Shown: positions 10,557-21,768 of the stretch, piece by piece
How positions within the stretch are numbered: position 1 is the stretch's first letter
Layout of the letters: each line of letters begins with the position of its first letter
NCBI RefSeq assembly: GCF_001194135.2
Contig: NC_068990.1
Span: 70,108,335-70,149,369 of the forward strand
Length of the DNA stretch: 41,035 nucleotides
Direction: 5' to 3'
Origin: Octopus bimaculoides
Taxonomy: Eukaryota
Position numbers and translations under genes: made by a program
Notes under the pieces: model-generated
What the model saw: only the letters and a program-made list of their open reading frames with translations
What the model was told of the DNA's origin: nothing
The model's database searches: none

Positions 10557-11460
10557 CCTGCTTTCCATGCTGGCATGGGTTAGACAGCTTGACTGGAACT
10601 GGTAAACCAGAGAGCTACACCAAGTTCCAGTCTGAATTTGGCTTGGTTTCTACAGCTGGATGCTCTTCCTAACACCAACCACTCCAAGAATGTAGTGGGT
10701 GCCTTTTTTGCATGTCACCAGTTGAATGCTTTTATATATCACCAGCACTGGCCACAACTATGATTTCACTTGACTTGACAAGTCTTCAACACAGCAAATC
10801 ACCAAAGGTCATGATCACTTCTCATCGCCTCCATGAGACCCCACATTCAAAGATCATGCTACACCACCTCGTCTCATGTCTTCCTGGGTATACCTCTTCT
10901 ACAGGTTCCCCCTACAGTTAGATATCAGCACTTCTTTATGCAGCTGTCTTCATCCCTATGCATCACATGACCATACCAGTACAATCATAACAAACCTCTC
11001 AGCTATCTCTCATTGATACAATGATGCCATATGCCAGATCTGGGAGATATGAGTTGGTATCATTGCTCTTGCACACCATATCTGAGGCCTCTTATGCCCA
11101 ATTTTTCGCTCAAGACATTAACACTCAGCTGTAGATACACACTGACATTGCACATTCAATGAAGTGTACTAGATTCGTTTCTTTCAAGCTTTTGCATGTT
11201 CTCTGCCATCACGGCCTATGTTTCACTGCCATGTAGCTTTCCCGTTCACATACAGGCATAATGCAATCTGCCTTTCACTCTGAGGAAGAGGTTCTTTGTT
11301 GTCAACAAAAGTAGAAACTCTCTGAACTTTGCCCAACCTATTCTTCCTCTAGCAACTATGCTCTCAGAGCATTCCCCACCACTGCTGACTTGGTCACCTA
11401 GATTATGAAAGCTATCAACTACTTCTAGGTATCTTCCCTGGCATTTGATAAAGTCTGTTT
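10557..11460 (-). mobile_element. 5'-truncated RTE LINE: ORF C-terminus plus 3'UTR
   Basis: LEVVDSFHNLGDQVSSGGECSESIVARGRIGWAKFREFLLLL...HGSET*A...WYGHVMHRDEDSCIKKC...RGIPRKT*DEVV, with stops, followed by the ggaagagcatccagctgtagaaac UTR. Confidence 0.88.
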
Positions 11461-11759
11461 TCTGTATATTTCGAGTGTTTATTGTACCTGTGCATCTGCC
11501 TTACAAAAGACTATACACACACACACACACACACACAATATATGCACACATACTCAGTACCTGATATTACCACACTTTTCTCCTTGGTATCCAGGACTGT
11601 TTATACAGCAGTCTTCATTACTTTTATACTTAATGAAAGTCGAGTGGTATATGTTACTCGAAAATAAATATTAACAAGAGCATGATATACATGCTTGGTC
11701 ACTTATTGTTACTTGCAGTCTTCCATATATATATATATATCCATTGGACATCACCTGGA

Positions 11760-11799
<40 letters not shown>

Positions 11800-12368
11800 T
11801 TTCTCTTTTTTAACCATGAAAAGGGCAGTTTTTGACATATTTGTAATTAATTTATTTTTACAACAGTTTCTTATTAAAGAAAATCGCAAAGATTTTCATC
11901 GTTTCACTGTCAACAATCTTCCATTTCTTCTACCCAAATGTTCTTCAATTGAAGCCAAAATTAATATTTTTAGAAGATATAGCGCAAGAATCATTCAAGA
12001 AACTCGAAATTTCAAGGGAGATAACCCGTGCTATCTAAGGGAACTAACTCGTCAATATATTTTCATTATCATGATTTTCTACATCTTGTGAATATTTCCT
12101 ATTATTTAAATGTAAAAGATATTTATAGTTCATCGACGAATATTTATTTTATGTTATCATCAGCTCTAATCGTGATTCTTGTAGTATCTCAGAAAAGTGC
12201 TACTAACTTTCAAGGGCCTTATTCATATCAGTAAGTTGCAGTCGATGATTCTGTCTATTAGTCTTTCTAGAACCAATTTATGGGAGAAACATCTAAAGCA
12301 GAAATTTTGTAATAGGGGACAATACTCTTTAGAATTTTAAAAACAGATTTCTATTTATTATTATCATT

Positions 12369-13005
12369 AAGGCGATGAGCTGGCAGAATCGTTAGCACGC
12401 TGAACGAAATGCTTAGCAGTATTTCACCCGTCGCTACATTCAGAGTTTAAATTCCTCCGAGGTGGACTTTGCCTTTCATTCTATTGGGATCGATAAATTA
12501 AGTACCAGTGAAACACTGGGTCGATGTAATCAACTAGTCCCCTCTCGACAAATTTCAGGCCTTGTACCTTTAGCAGAAGAAATTATCGTTATTGTTGTTG
12601 CTGTTGTTAAGGTAGCAAACTGGCAGAATCTTTAGCATGCCAGACAAAATGCTTAGTGGCATTTTGCCCATCATTATGTTCTGGGTTCAAATGCCACTGG
12701 GGACGATAAACTAAGTACCAGTTGAGCACTGGGGCTGATTTAATCAATGTAGACCTCCCCCCTAAATTGCTGGCCTTGTGCCAAAATTTGAAACTATCAT
12801 TATTATTATTATTATGAATGTAGCAAGTTGGCATGCAATATTTGTTCTGGCTGTTTTCATTCTGAATTCAAATCCTGCTGATGTCAACTTTGCTTTTCGT
12901 CCTTATGGGATTGATAAAATAAAGTATCAGTCAAATACTGGTGTCACTGCAATCAACAAGCTTCTCCCCTCAAAATTGCTGGCTTTGTGCCTAAATTAGA
13001 AACAA
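12369..13005 (+). mobile_element. Three head-to-tail copies of a tRNA-derived SINE (12369-12585, 12609-12795, ~12817-13005)
   Basis: Each copy has aagg.g..gagctggcagaat...g.gttcaaat(B box)...ttgcctttcat...gataaaataagtaccag...ggccttgtgc.aaaatttgaaac; copies are joined by (ATT)/(GTT) tracts. Confidence 0.88.
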
Positions 13006-13979
13006 TTACTTTATGCTTATTCAATTCTTTCCATTAGTTCTTAACTTATCCAATAAGGAGGTGGGGTAGGGAGAATCTGGGATGTTTTATTTTATTCTGG
13101 AAGACTAGAAAAACTTTTTTATTTTTTGAAACATGGCAATAATGACAATAGAACAGTTCACAGAAAATTTCTGCTTTGTTTGATGAAAACCTTATTCTTA
13201 TGGCTACTTATTGTCACAGCTTTATAACATTAATATTAAGAACTGGAAACAGCTATTTTGAAGAATTAGTTTTAAAGACTAAATAGATAAGAAATAAATC
13301 AATAGACTTGAAATGAGATGTGATGACCAAGTTGTGATTTTATCATACATATGAGGGTTGTTTATTCACACATTTTTGAAAAAATTACAAGCTTGGGAAA
13401 CAGGCAAGGCATAAGACTATGATGACTGTTAATCTGATGTAAATTTGACTTCTACCCAGGATATGAGTTTTCCCCTTACCTTCTTAAAACTTTTTTTTTT
13501 TTTTTTACTTTTTTTTTTAATTGAAAATAATTTTGACTCTGATTCATGAAGCTTTAAACTGGGTGGTAACAAAATAACAAAGTATTCAGGGTCAGAAACT
13601 GAATTTTCTTTCTCCATGAAATTATAAATAAAATAAAACAAATAGCTGTTTATAATCTCTTGTAAAAAATCAAAAACAAAGTCTATCCCTGTATTCTTTG
13701 ACTATATCTTCTTTTCTCCAATATTGTTTTATAGAATTTCTGACAGTTCTGTTTGTAGTTTAACTTAAAGTAATAAAAGTGTTGTTAATTAATACTAATT
13801 AACTTGTTCGTTTCTTTCTCATACAAAAACATCAATCTTTAGTGGTGCATGCTGGAATTGAACATGAAACCTTTGAGACATGAAAAGTCTAAAGCAAGTT
13901 TAACAAAGTACACAAGCAATTATTAGGGCTCATTAACTTCCAGTTACTTAATTTTCAATCACTCATTGAGATAGATGAC

Positions 13980-13982
13980 CTG

Positions 13983-14014
<32 letters not shown>

Positions 14015-14170
14015 TTGAGATGGATGATTTTCTCTCTTTTTCTCTCTCTTCGCTCTCCCTCTCTTCCTCACTCTTTCCCTTCCCCCTCTCTGTTTCTCTG
14101 TCTTCTATTTCTTTTTCTCTCTCTCACTTTCTCTTTCTCTCTTTGTCTTCATCTCATCTCTCTCTTCATA
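13980..14170. repeat. (CT)n / polypyrimidine low-complexity tract; similar tract at ~31265-31385
   Basis: Seen directly in sequence. Confidence 0.9.
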
Positions 14171-14787
14171 ACAATTCTATTTTGCATAATTAAAAATCTT
14201 GAACATCAATTTATGCCTTTCCCAATGGAATTGTTAATCTAAGAGAAACAGCCTAGCGTGGGCTAGAAGTAATGAATTTTCTCAAAGAAGAGTTGTACAT
14301 GGTGTCCTGACTCACTAGAAGTAGGGCCAGCATTAGAAAGTGTGTGTCCCAATTAGAGAATTGTCAATGGGGCCCTCTATTCTACAACAGCTGAAGATTG
14401 TTTCATGCTTCATGTAGTATGCCAGTCCCAGCTAAAAAGCATTGATATTCCATCATCTGCCACAAGGACATACTAAAGATTCATCATAGTGTCCTGTGCT
14501 CAAGTGTGTTCATGGCCCTTTTTTGGCGTGGGGCTCAATTTGAACAAATGTCTCATTACCTGACAACCACCCCTGACTCAAAATAACAGCTGAATCTTCC
14601 TCAAAGCACACCCTACATCTTAGGGAAGGATCTATTGGATAATGTAGTCGTACATTACACTAGACCTGCAAACGCAAGATGGGAAAGTCATGAATGGACC
14701 ACTTTTGATCAGGCTGGTTTAAATTGAAACATTAACAAGTCAGGTTTTTTCTTACAAGGAATTATGTTTCCTTTCTGGCAGTATCTA

Positions 14788-14819
<32 letters not shown>

Positions 14820-14821
<2 letters not shown>

Positions 14822-15300
14822 GGCCCTGATGCAGTACCAGACAGTGGCTGTCATGGCTTCTGACCTGAACTGATTGGAAGTGTTATCATGTACATGTTTT
14901 GTCTTGTTGTAAAAGCTACAGCAAATATTCTGCTCAATTCTACAGATTTGCTTGACAATTGCTTAACCTTGACCAGTTCCATGTGCTGAGAGGAATTTTT
15001 AAGGATTTGGATAATTCACTTCCAAACATATGGGTGTTTTGTTCATCATCCTTAAACAAACATTATTCAGGAACCTTTTGAGCAGGGTGGGCTACTCAAC
15101 CTAAACAAAATTCTAACTGGGCCCCATCTGTAAGGTCATGCACTATTTATCTTCATATGAGATCACCATGTCACAAACTCATGGCTGTGATGCATGTGCC
15201 TGCTGTCCCCTTATTAGGTGGGTAGTCATGGTGGGTATAATGGGCATCATATATTTTGTACCCATGTCACTTTGATGGCATGCGCTGCTCTCACTCAGTA
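14820..15300. mobile_element. Unclassified interspersed-repeat-like segment between two (AAT)n tracts
   Basis: Higher-complexity block flanked by (AAT)n at 14790-14820 and 15300-15320. No ORF homology recognised and only one copy in the window. Confidence 0.3.
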
Positions 15301-15610
15301 GTAATAATAATAATAATAATTGTCATATAAATCAGGGCATCAGAGAATGTTGAAGGATGAGAAATATATGGTGATGAGTATGTCCTTTGTATTATATGAT
15401 GTCCATGTTTGAGCTTTGTTGCATTTATTGTTGTTATTGTTGCTTAACCCCAAGTTATCTCTGACTGAGTTGACCAATAATGAAAGGAATTCCAGCCATG
15501 ACTATCCCATCTTTTGTCAGCAATTATTGTTTTATTTTGGGTGAAAACCTCAATCAGCTTTTCAAATCTACAGAAAAAAAATCAATATGTAAATTTATAG
15601 GAGAAAATTA

Positions 15611-16020
15611 AGGAGTGGCTGTGTGGTAAGTAGCTTGCTTACCAACCACATGGTTCCGGGTTCAGTCCCACTGCGTGGCACCTTGGGCAAGTGTCTTCTA
15701 CTATAGCCTCGGGCCGACCAAAGCCTTGTGAGTGGATTTGGTAGACGGAAACTGAAAGAAGCCCGTCGTATATATGTATATATATATATATATGTATGTG
15801 TGTTTGCGTGTCTGTGTTTGTCCCCCCAACATCGCTTGACAACCGATGCTGGTGTGTTTACGTCCCCGTCACTTAGCGGTTCGGCAAAAAGAGTCCGATA
15901 GAATAAGTACTAGGCTGACAAAGAATAAGTCCTGGGGTCGATTTGCTCGACTAAAGGCGGTGCTCCAGCATGGCCGCAGTCAAATGACTGAAACAAGTAA
16001 AAGAGTAAAAGAGTAAAGAG
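15611..16020 (+). mobile_element. Young full-length tRNA-derived SINE with a CORE-like segment and an internal (TA/TG)n tract
   Basis: A box TGGCTGTGTGG (15616-26), B box GGTTCAGTCCC (15659-69), ACCTTGGGCAAGT CORE-like motif, intact CpGs and an (AAAGAGT)n tail. Partial copies at ~24290-24420, 24730-24800, 29165-29470, 39017-39170 and 40510-40670. Confidence 0.88.
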
Positions 16021-16624
16021 TATTTCACAATAGTTCAGTTTCATTATCTATTCATTTCTATAGACAGTCAACCGTGTAACTGGTGACAGAGCAATAAAAA
16101 AATATATATACCTGGATATGTCTTGGTGTCGTGGTTTGTCTGTTGCACTGATAATTGCAAGCCCATGGTTTCAGTTCTTGACTCAAGCAATGCAATATGA
16201 TCTTGAGCAAAAACACTTCATTTCACATTACTTCACACCTCTCAGCTGTAAATGAGTAACCTTGCAACAATTTGACATCCCATTCAAGAAGGATGTTGTA
16301 ATCTCAGTCATTAATATGCTATGGAAACCAGGTAACTTGCCCTATGTAATTAATTATCCTATGTGACTATTTTGAATTTTTTGCTGTTGCTTCTGTGGCT
16401 ACTACTACTGTCTAATTTAAATAAAAAAGATTTCTTTACAAATTTGAGTATTCGGTTTGCCTATATTCAGTTTAATTATTCATTGTTTAACAGTGTTGAC
16501 CTCACACCTCAATACATACTATATATATATTCTTTTATTGTATGTTTCAACCCAAAGGCTGTAGCCATGCTGGAGCACTGCCAGTGTAATAACCTTTTCA
16601 ATGACCATTCTTATATGATTGGCT

Positions 16625-17405
16625 TTTGAATAAAGGAGGGAGTTCAACACTCCTGCCCTCTTTTGAGTTTCTTACTGTGATATAGGTTCATCTGGGACCT
16701 TGAACAGCAGGAGATCAAATTGTTTCTTGAAAACATCTACCCATACTCATGAAGAAGCCTCAGCTGTTTTGGCATGGCATTAAATATCTGTGGCCCCTTG
16801 AATCCCAAGCTGTTGCAATGTATGGCCCTCACTTTAGAAGGGGTAGCTGGAACCTTTGTAACAATGCAGTAACGTCCAGTTTGGGGGACTGTAGAGCTCT
16901 TTGGTGCCAACCCCTCCAAAATCTTCTATATGTATATCACTGCATACCTTTCCTGTCTTCATTCTAGGGAGTAGAGTCATAGCTCTTTCAGTCACAATCT
17001 TCCCGGTGTAGCACCGCTGAACTGCCTCAAGTTCCACTATCAATTTGACACTGGGAGGTGACCACAGGTGAGAGCAGTAGTCCAGACAGCTGAGTACAAA
17101 AGTCCTCCATAGAACCAGCATAGATTCCAGGTCCCTTGTTCTGAAATTTCTCAGCATCTATCTGGTCATTTGCCTGCACATTGCTACCATCCTGGTGATA
17201 TGCATGTGAAATGAGGTGTTGTTGCTCATATCAATCCCCAGATCATGCACTCTACCTAACTCAAAGGTTGCCACTCCTTTTGGTCCAAAGTATCATTGTT
17301 GCAGCATATGAACACTAGAAAGCTGATAGCAGAGGGCTTAGAATTTACCTGCATTAAATTGCATGTTGTTTTCTTCAGCCCATTTATAGATTGCATCTAA
17401 ATATT
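16625..17405 (-). mobile_element. CR1-clade LINE 3' fragment (end of RT and C-terminus)
   Basis: NNMQFNAGKF...DLGIDMS...MLRNFRTRDLESMLVLWRTFVLSCLDYCSHLWSP...LEAVQRCYTGKI...NSLGFKGPQIFNAMPKQLR, with frameshifts. Confidence 0.85.
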
Positions 17406-17409
17406 TCTC

Positions 17410-17595
17410 TGGGGAGAATCATTCTCTTTTAGTGCTTTATTACTTAACACACTCACTAGTTTGATTTCCACTCATTTACTTATTTATTTTTCCTAAAATT
17501 TTCATTGCGTCTTGCAACCTTTCTAGTAGCCATTGACTGTCTGCTATCAGAGCTGCGTTCTTTTTGTTTGTTTGTTTGTGTGCATGTGTATACAC

Positions 17596-17626
<31 letters not shown>

Positions 17627-17813
17627 TTTATGTATGTATGTATGTATGTATATATGTATGTATGTGTGTGTATGTGTGTGTGTATGTATGTATGTATGTA
17701 TGCATGTATGTATGTGTGTTCATGTTTGTGTATGTGTGTGTGTATTTGTATGTACCTCTGTCTCCTGTGAATGTGTTAAGTAATAAGGCACTAAAAGAAA
17801 ATAACTCTCCCCA
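17410..17813. mobile_element. About 400-bp element with 42-bp inverted ends and an internal (TATG)n tract
   Basis: 17410-17451 is the reverse complement of 17772-17813 with few mismatches. The minus strand near 17493-17530 has GUUGC-aagac-GCAAU-GAAA-AUUU, a hammerhead-like stem II plus GAAA with a decayed core. Confidence 0.55.
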
Positions 17814-18395
17814 GTCACAATAATATATATATATATATATATANNNNNNNNNNNNNNNNNNNNNNNNNNNNNNNNNNNNNNNNNNNNNNNNNNNNNNNNN
17901 NNNNNNNNNNNNNNNNNNNNNNNNNNNNNNNNNNNNNNNNNNNNNNNNNNNNNNNNNNNNNNNNNNNNNNNNNNNNNNNNNNNNNNNNNNNNNNNNNNNN
18001 NNNNNNNNNNNNNNNNNNNNNNNNNNNNNNNNNNNNNNNNNNNNNNNNNNNNNNNNNNNNNNNNNNNNNNNNNNNNNNNNNNNNNNNNNNNNNNNNNNNN
18101 NNNNNNNNNNNNNNNNNNNNNNNNNNNNNNNNNNNNNNNNNNNNNNNNNNNNNNNNNNNNNNNNNNNNNNNNNNNNNNNNNNNNNNNNNNNNNNNNNNNN
18201 NNNNNNNNNNNNNNNNNNNNNNNNNNNNNNNNNNNNNNNNNNNNNNNNNNNNNNNNNNNNNNNNNNNNNNNNNNNNNNNNNNNNNNNNNNNNNNNNNNNN
18301 NNNNNNNNNNNNNNNNNNNNNNNNNNNNNNNNNNNNNNNNNNNNNNNNNNNNNNNNNNNNNNNNNNNNNNNNNNTACAAGTAAATATATATATAT

Positions 18396-18580
18396 GGGAG
18401 AATGTACGAAAAAACAACAACAGACGAGGACAGGTGGTGTAAATAACAAAAGGATGTATTAGTATGACGCTCAAGAATACGGAAAGTCTTTGACGTTTCG
18501 AGCTACGCTCTTCAACAGAAAGAATACGGAGACAAGGAGAAAAACACGGAGAAAAAAAATTGAATACTGTTCAGTCAACA
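18396..18580 (-). mobile_element. Probable PLE pseudo-LTR fragment of a second family
   Basis: Contains the hammerhead at 18487-18523. Its first 49 bp (18396-18444) are identical to 7531-7579. Confidence 0.55.
18487..18523 (-). ncRNA. Minimal type I hammerhead ribozyme with a variant CUGUUGA core
   Basis: UCUUU-CUGUUGA-A-GAGC gua GCUC-GAAAC-GUC^-AAAGA: perfect 5-bp stem I, 4-bp stem II, palindromic ACGU stem III and GUC cleavage triplet. Confidence 0.7.
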
Positions 18581-18599
18581 TGTGTGTATATATATATAT

Positions 18600-20790
18600 A
18601 TACAAGAATTTTGTTGACAGTAACTTCAAAGCTTCAACCAGTTAAGCCATCATTGGACTGTGATGAATTGGAGTTAGTTCTGCCTTCATGTAATCTCTGT
18701 TGAATTAAAAATCATCTTTGGGTGTTTGTTTTTGAGTTGGGTGATAATCAGGTTTTTATAGAAAGGTGTTTTGGAAAACTTTTTAAATTAAATTTAAGGT
18801 TATATTATCGCTTAGAATTTATTCATGCATGCAGAACTTTGGTGTTTCTCTTTTGTTAGGTAGGCACAAGGCTTGACAGTATTTTTGTTGCTTTTGGTAT
18901 TATTGGATTAAATCCTTTTGCTTTGGTAATATACAGGTCAAAGGTACAAAAGTCTAGTATTTAATCACTAAGCAATTGGGTATGTCAACTAATATTCACA
19001 AAAGAATGTAGGTATGTGGTGAGTTTAGGTTGGTCCTGTTTTTATTTGTTGTTATATAGGGTATTTCTTGTTTTTATTTGTAAGGTTAGGGTCAGGCTTG
19101 TTATGGCTATGTTAGTATCGAAAATTGTTTCTCTTGTGGTTTGGTTTTCATAAAATTATTTGTGTAGAGGTTGTATGCTTATGTTTCTCTCTCCAGGTGT
19201 TCCTTGTTCTATAAGCAATCTAATTGGTATATAGAGATTTTAAACTTCCTGCTTTCTGGAGATAGAGTTTGTTTGGTGTTTGTTTATAAAATTTCATCCA
19301 ATTCTTTTATAGATAGTTGCTAAAGTGGGGCTGATATAGAGGGTGTGTGGATATATATAAATATATATATAATGTACTGTTCCATGATGGTAGGTTCAAC
19401 AAAAAAATACTTCGTCTGATGAGAGATAAATATTATTTATTAATATCTATATATATTCATGTATGAAAATGGGAATGAAAATATGATATAATTTAATTAA
19501 AATATTAATAATAATAATAGCAATAATAATTATAATCATAATAATTCTTTCTACAAGACCTGGATTTTGTGTTTCTACTGTAATTGAGAAGCCCAATTTT
19601 TTGAAGAGGTGATGTAGATTTATCAGTTTTTTGTGGGTTGAATTTTCTTAGTAGGAGTAATCCATATTCCCTCTATAGACCACCTGAGATGTATGGAAAT
19701 TTTTTGCGTAATTTTTCTAATATCTCAAGACCCATGGTGTCACTTATCTCTGCTGTGTCCTTTGAGCCCATGCTTACATCAAGTGGTTCTTTAATGTTTT
19801 TCTTAATCCAGCAAGCATTGTTGTGGAAGAGGAGCAATTTTCTTGCTTGCATTATTGTTTCTATTTTGGTGTTGTTTATTGTGAGGTTCAAAGCAGCTAT
19901 AATGAAAGGTTTTGTTTTTGACACATTATAGTCTTTTAAGTTGAACTGGAAGAAGTGGCTTCCATTTTTGTTTGGGATTTTGTTGAACCAATCTATTACT
20001 TCATAAGTGTTATTACATAGAGGTAATATTGATCTTATTTTTATTCTTGATGAGAATTTGTCAATGGTTTTTTTAACTAATCATACTTATGTCTGATGGA
20101 TAGGTTGCTATTGAAGCTTGGTTTGTAGTCTTTCATCATTGTATATGAGCATTTTGGTGTTAATGTATCTACTCTATTGTCTATTTTAAGTTTAGTGGAT
20201 ATTTCTTTGGCTGTGGTGTTTATTTTATGGTTGTTTTTTTTTGGTGGGGGGGTGTATGTATTGAAGATTATGTTACAAAGAATGCAGTTATAAGAGATTC
20301 TACTTATCTGGTAGAAGTTGTTTGTCTTGTCCAATTTTACAAATAGATTTGGGGTTTTTTTTTGTTGTTTTTTTTTTTTTGATTGATTTTCTGCTTCAGT
20401 TCTTTCTGCAATTTATTGGTTTGTTTGGTGAATTTTATTTGCATAGTCAGTGCAAATAAGTCATCTTCAAATGAACTGGGAGGTTGACATTTGACTGCTT
20501 TGAATCCATAGTTTGTTGGTTGGCTGTTTCTCCTTTTGGTCGTTTTCATAATGGTAAATTTTCCATCTGAGTCTTTTTATAAAGTTTTCTGTCTTAATGT
20601 TGTAGAGTTTCCAGGTAATTTTTTTTTGTGGATATTGGTATGTTTTTCATAGAGAAATGTATTGGATGAGGCTGCATTTTTTTCCTGTTTATCAGTTAAT
20701 GGTACAAAAGCACTCGTGTAAGAACAGAGTAGTCTGATGATGGCTTAACTAGCTGAAACTTTGAAGTAACTGTCAACAAAATTCTTGTAT
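18600..20790 (-). mobile_element. Near full-length decayed Penelope-like element with inverted terminal pseudo-LTRs
   Basis: Fragments ENIPISTKKNY...KTENFIKRLRWK, NYGFK, DKTNNFYQIS...KLKIDNRVDTL...MKDYKPSF, VIDWFNKI, RKLLLFHNNACWIKK...DVSMGSKDTAEISDTMGL...GL*REYGL (decayed YRDDG). 18600-18658 is the reverse complement of 20732-20790. The endonuclease region is too decayed to confirm GIY-YIG. Confidence 0.85.
20729..20773 (+). ncRNA. Minimal type I hammerhead in the 5' inverted pLTR of the PLE; decayed mirror copy at 18617-18661 (-)
   Basis: GUAGU-CUGAUGA-U-GGCU uaacu AGCU-GAAAC-UUUGAA-GUA^-ACUGU, with near-palindromic stem III ACUUUGAAGU. The mirror has ACAGU/ACUGU stem I but CCAAUGA and GAAGC cores. 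Confidence 0.7.
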
Positions 20791-21477
20791 AAGAATAATA
20801 AATTTACACTCTACAAAAGTATACAGTAACCCACCAGACTAATGTAAAACTGTCTTTATTATAACTTAACGTAAAAACAAACATTAATATATATATCTAA
20901 TATAATAAATGCGAATGGCAGTATGTCAGTGTGTCACACTTTTTCAACTTTACTCCTAGAGGCCATAGCTCAACATATCATACCATTTTGGAATCAGGCC
21001 AACTTTGTAAGTAAATTAAAAACATTCCATGTTGAAATTTTGGATTCTTAAGTTTTCATTTTTGCGATTGTTTTCAACAATTTTTTTACATGATTTTTTT
21101 GTGATGAATTTTTTTACGATAACAATTTTTATAATTTGGAAATAAATTTGGGGAATAATTGAAATTAATTACAAAATCCAGCAATTATTTTCATCGATTT
21201 TTTAATGTGATTTTTTGCAACAAATATGATCATCATTGGGATATTACTCTGGAGGAACCAACTGTAACAAATTCTCCAAAATAAGTCAGAGATCTGTTTG
21301 CAGATTTTCCCATTTGGGGTCAGTAGCTTAAAAGCTACATACTGGCTTAAAAGCCACCTGCTTCTAAGCTAGTNNNNNNNNNNNNNNNNNNNNNNNNNNN
21401 NNNNNNNNNNNNNNNNNNNNNNNNNNNNNNNNNNNNNNNNNNNNNNNNNNNNNNNNNNNNNNNNNNNNNNNNNNNNN

Positions 21478-21512
<35 letters not shown>

Positions 21513-21685
21513 TGTATGTATAGGACCTCTGTCTTGTTTCAAGCCAGTTACAATGGAACTGTGTCACTAACCAGGTTGCAGTTCATGGAACAAAAATGTT
21601 GACATTAAGTAGTAAATGCTTTAATGAAGTTAACAGTCTTTGTGTTTTTGAATGTGTCTTCCTTGCAGTTTCAACAGCCCCAGAT

Positions 21686-21768
21686 CAAGTGCATCTCACC
21701 AGACAAGTGCATCTCACCAGGCAAGTGCATCTCACCAGGCAAGTGCATCTCACCAGGCAAGTGCATCT
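21686..21768. repeat. 18-bp minisatellite (caagtgcatctcaccagg), about 4.6 copies
   Basis: Units start at 21686, 21704, 21722, 21740 and 21758 (partial). Confidence 0.95.

Noticed and set aside
18700-19340. GIY-YIG endonuclease of the PLE
   Set aside because: Only faint similarity (NKRE...CMHE-like end); the GIY/YIG motifs could not be read, so the domain is not claimed.
19415-19430. Other CTGATGA occurrences (e.g. ~19418, ~5240, ~33780, ~1996 minus)
   Set aside because: No properly placed stem II plus GAAA and no stem I, so not hammerheads.
21686-21768. CRISPR-like appearance of short direct repeats (also 22465-22660 and 27531-27727)
   Set aside because: Units are contiguous without unique spacers, there are no cas genes, and the context is eukaryotic.
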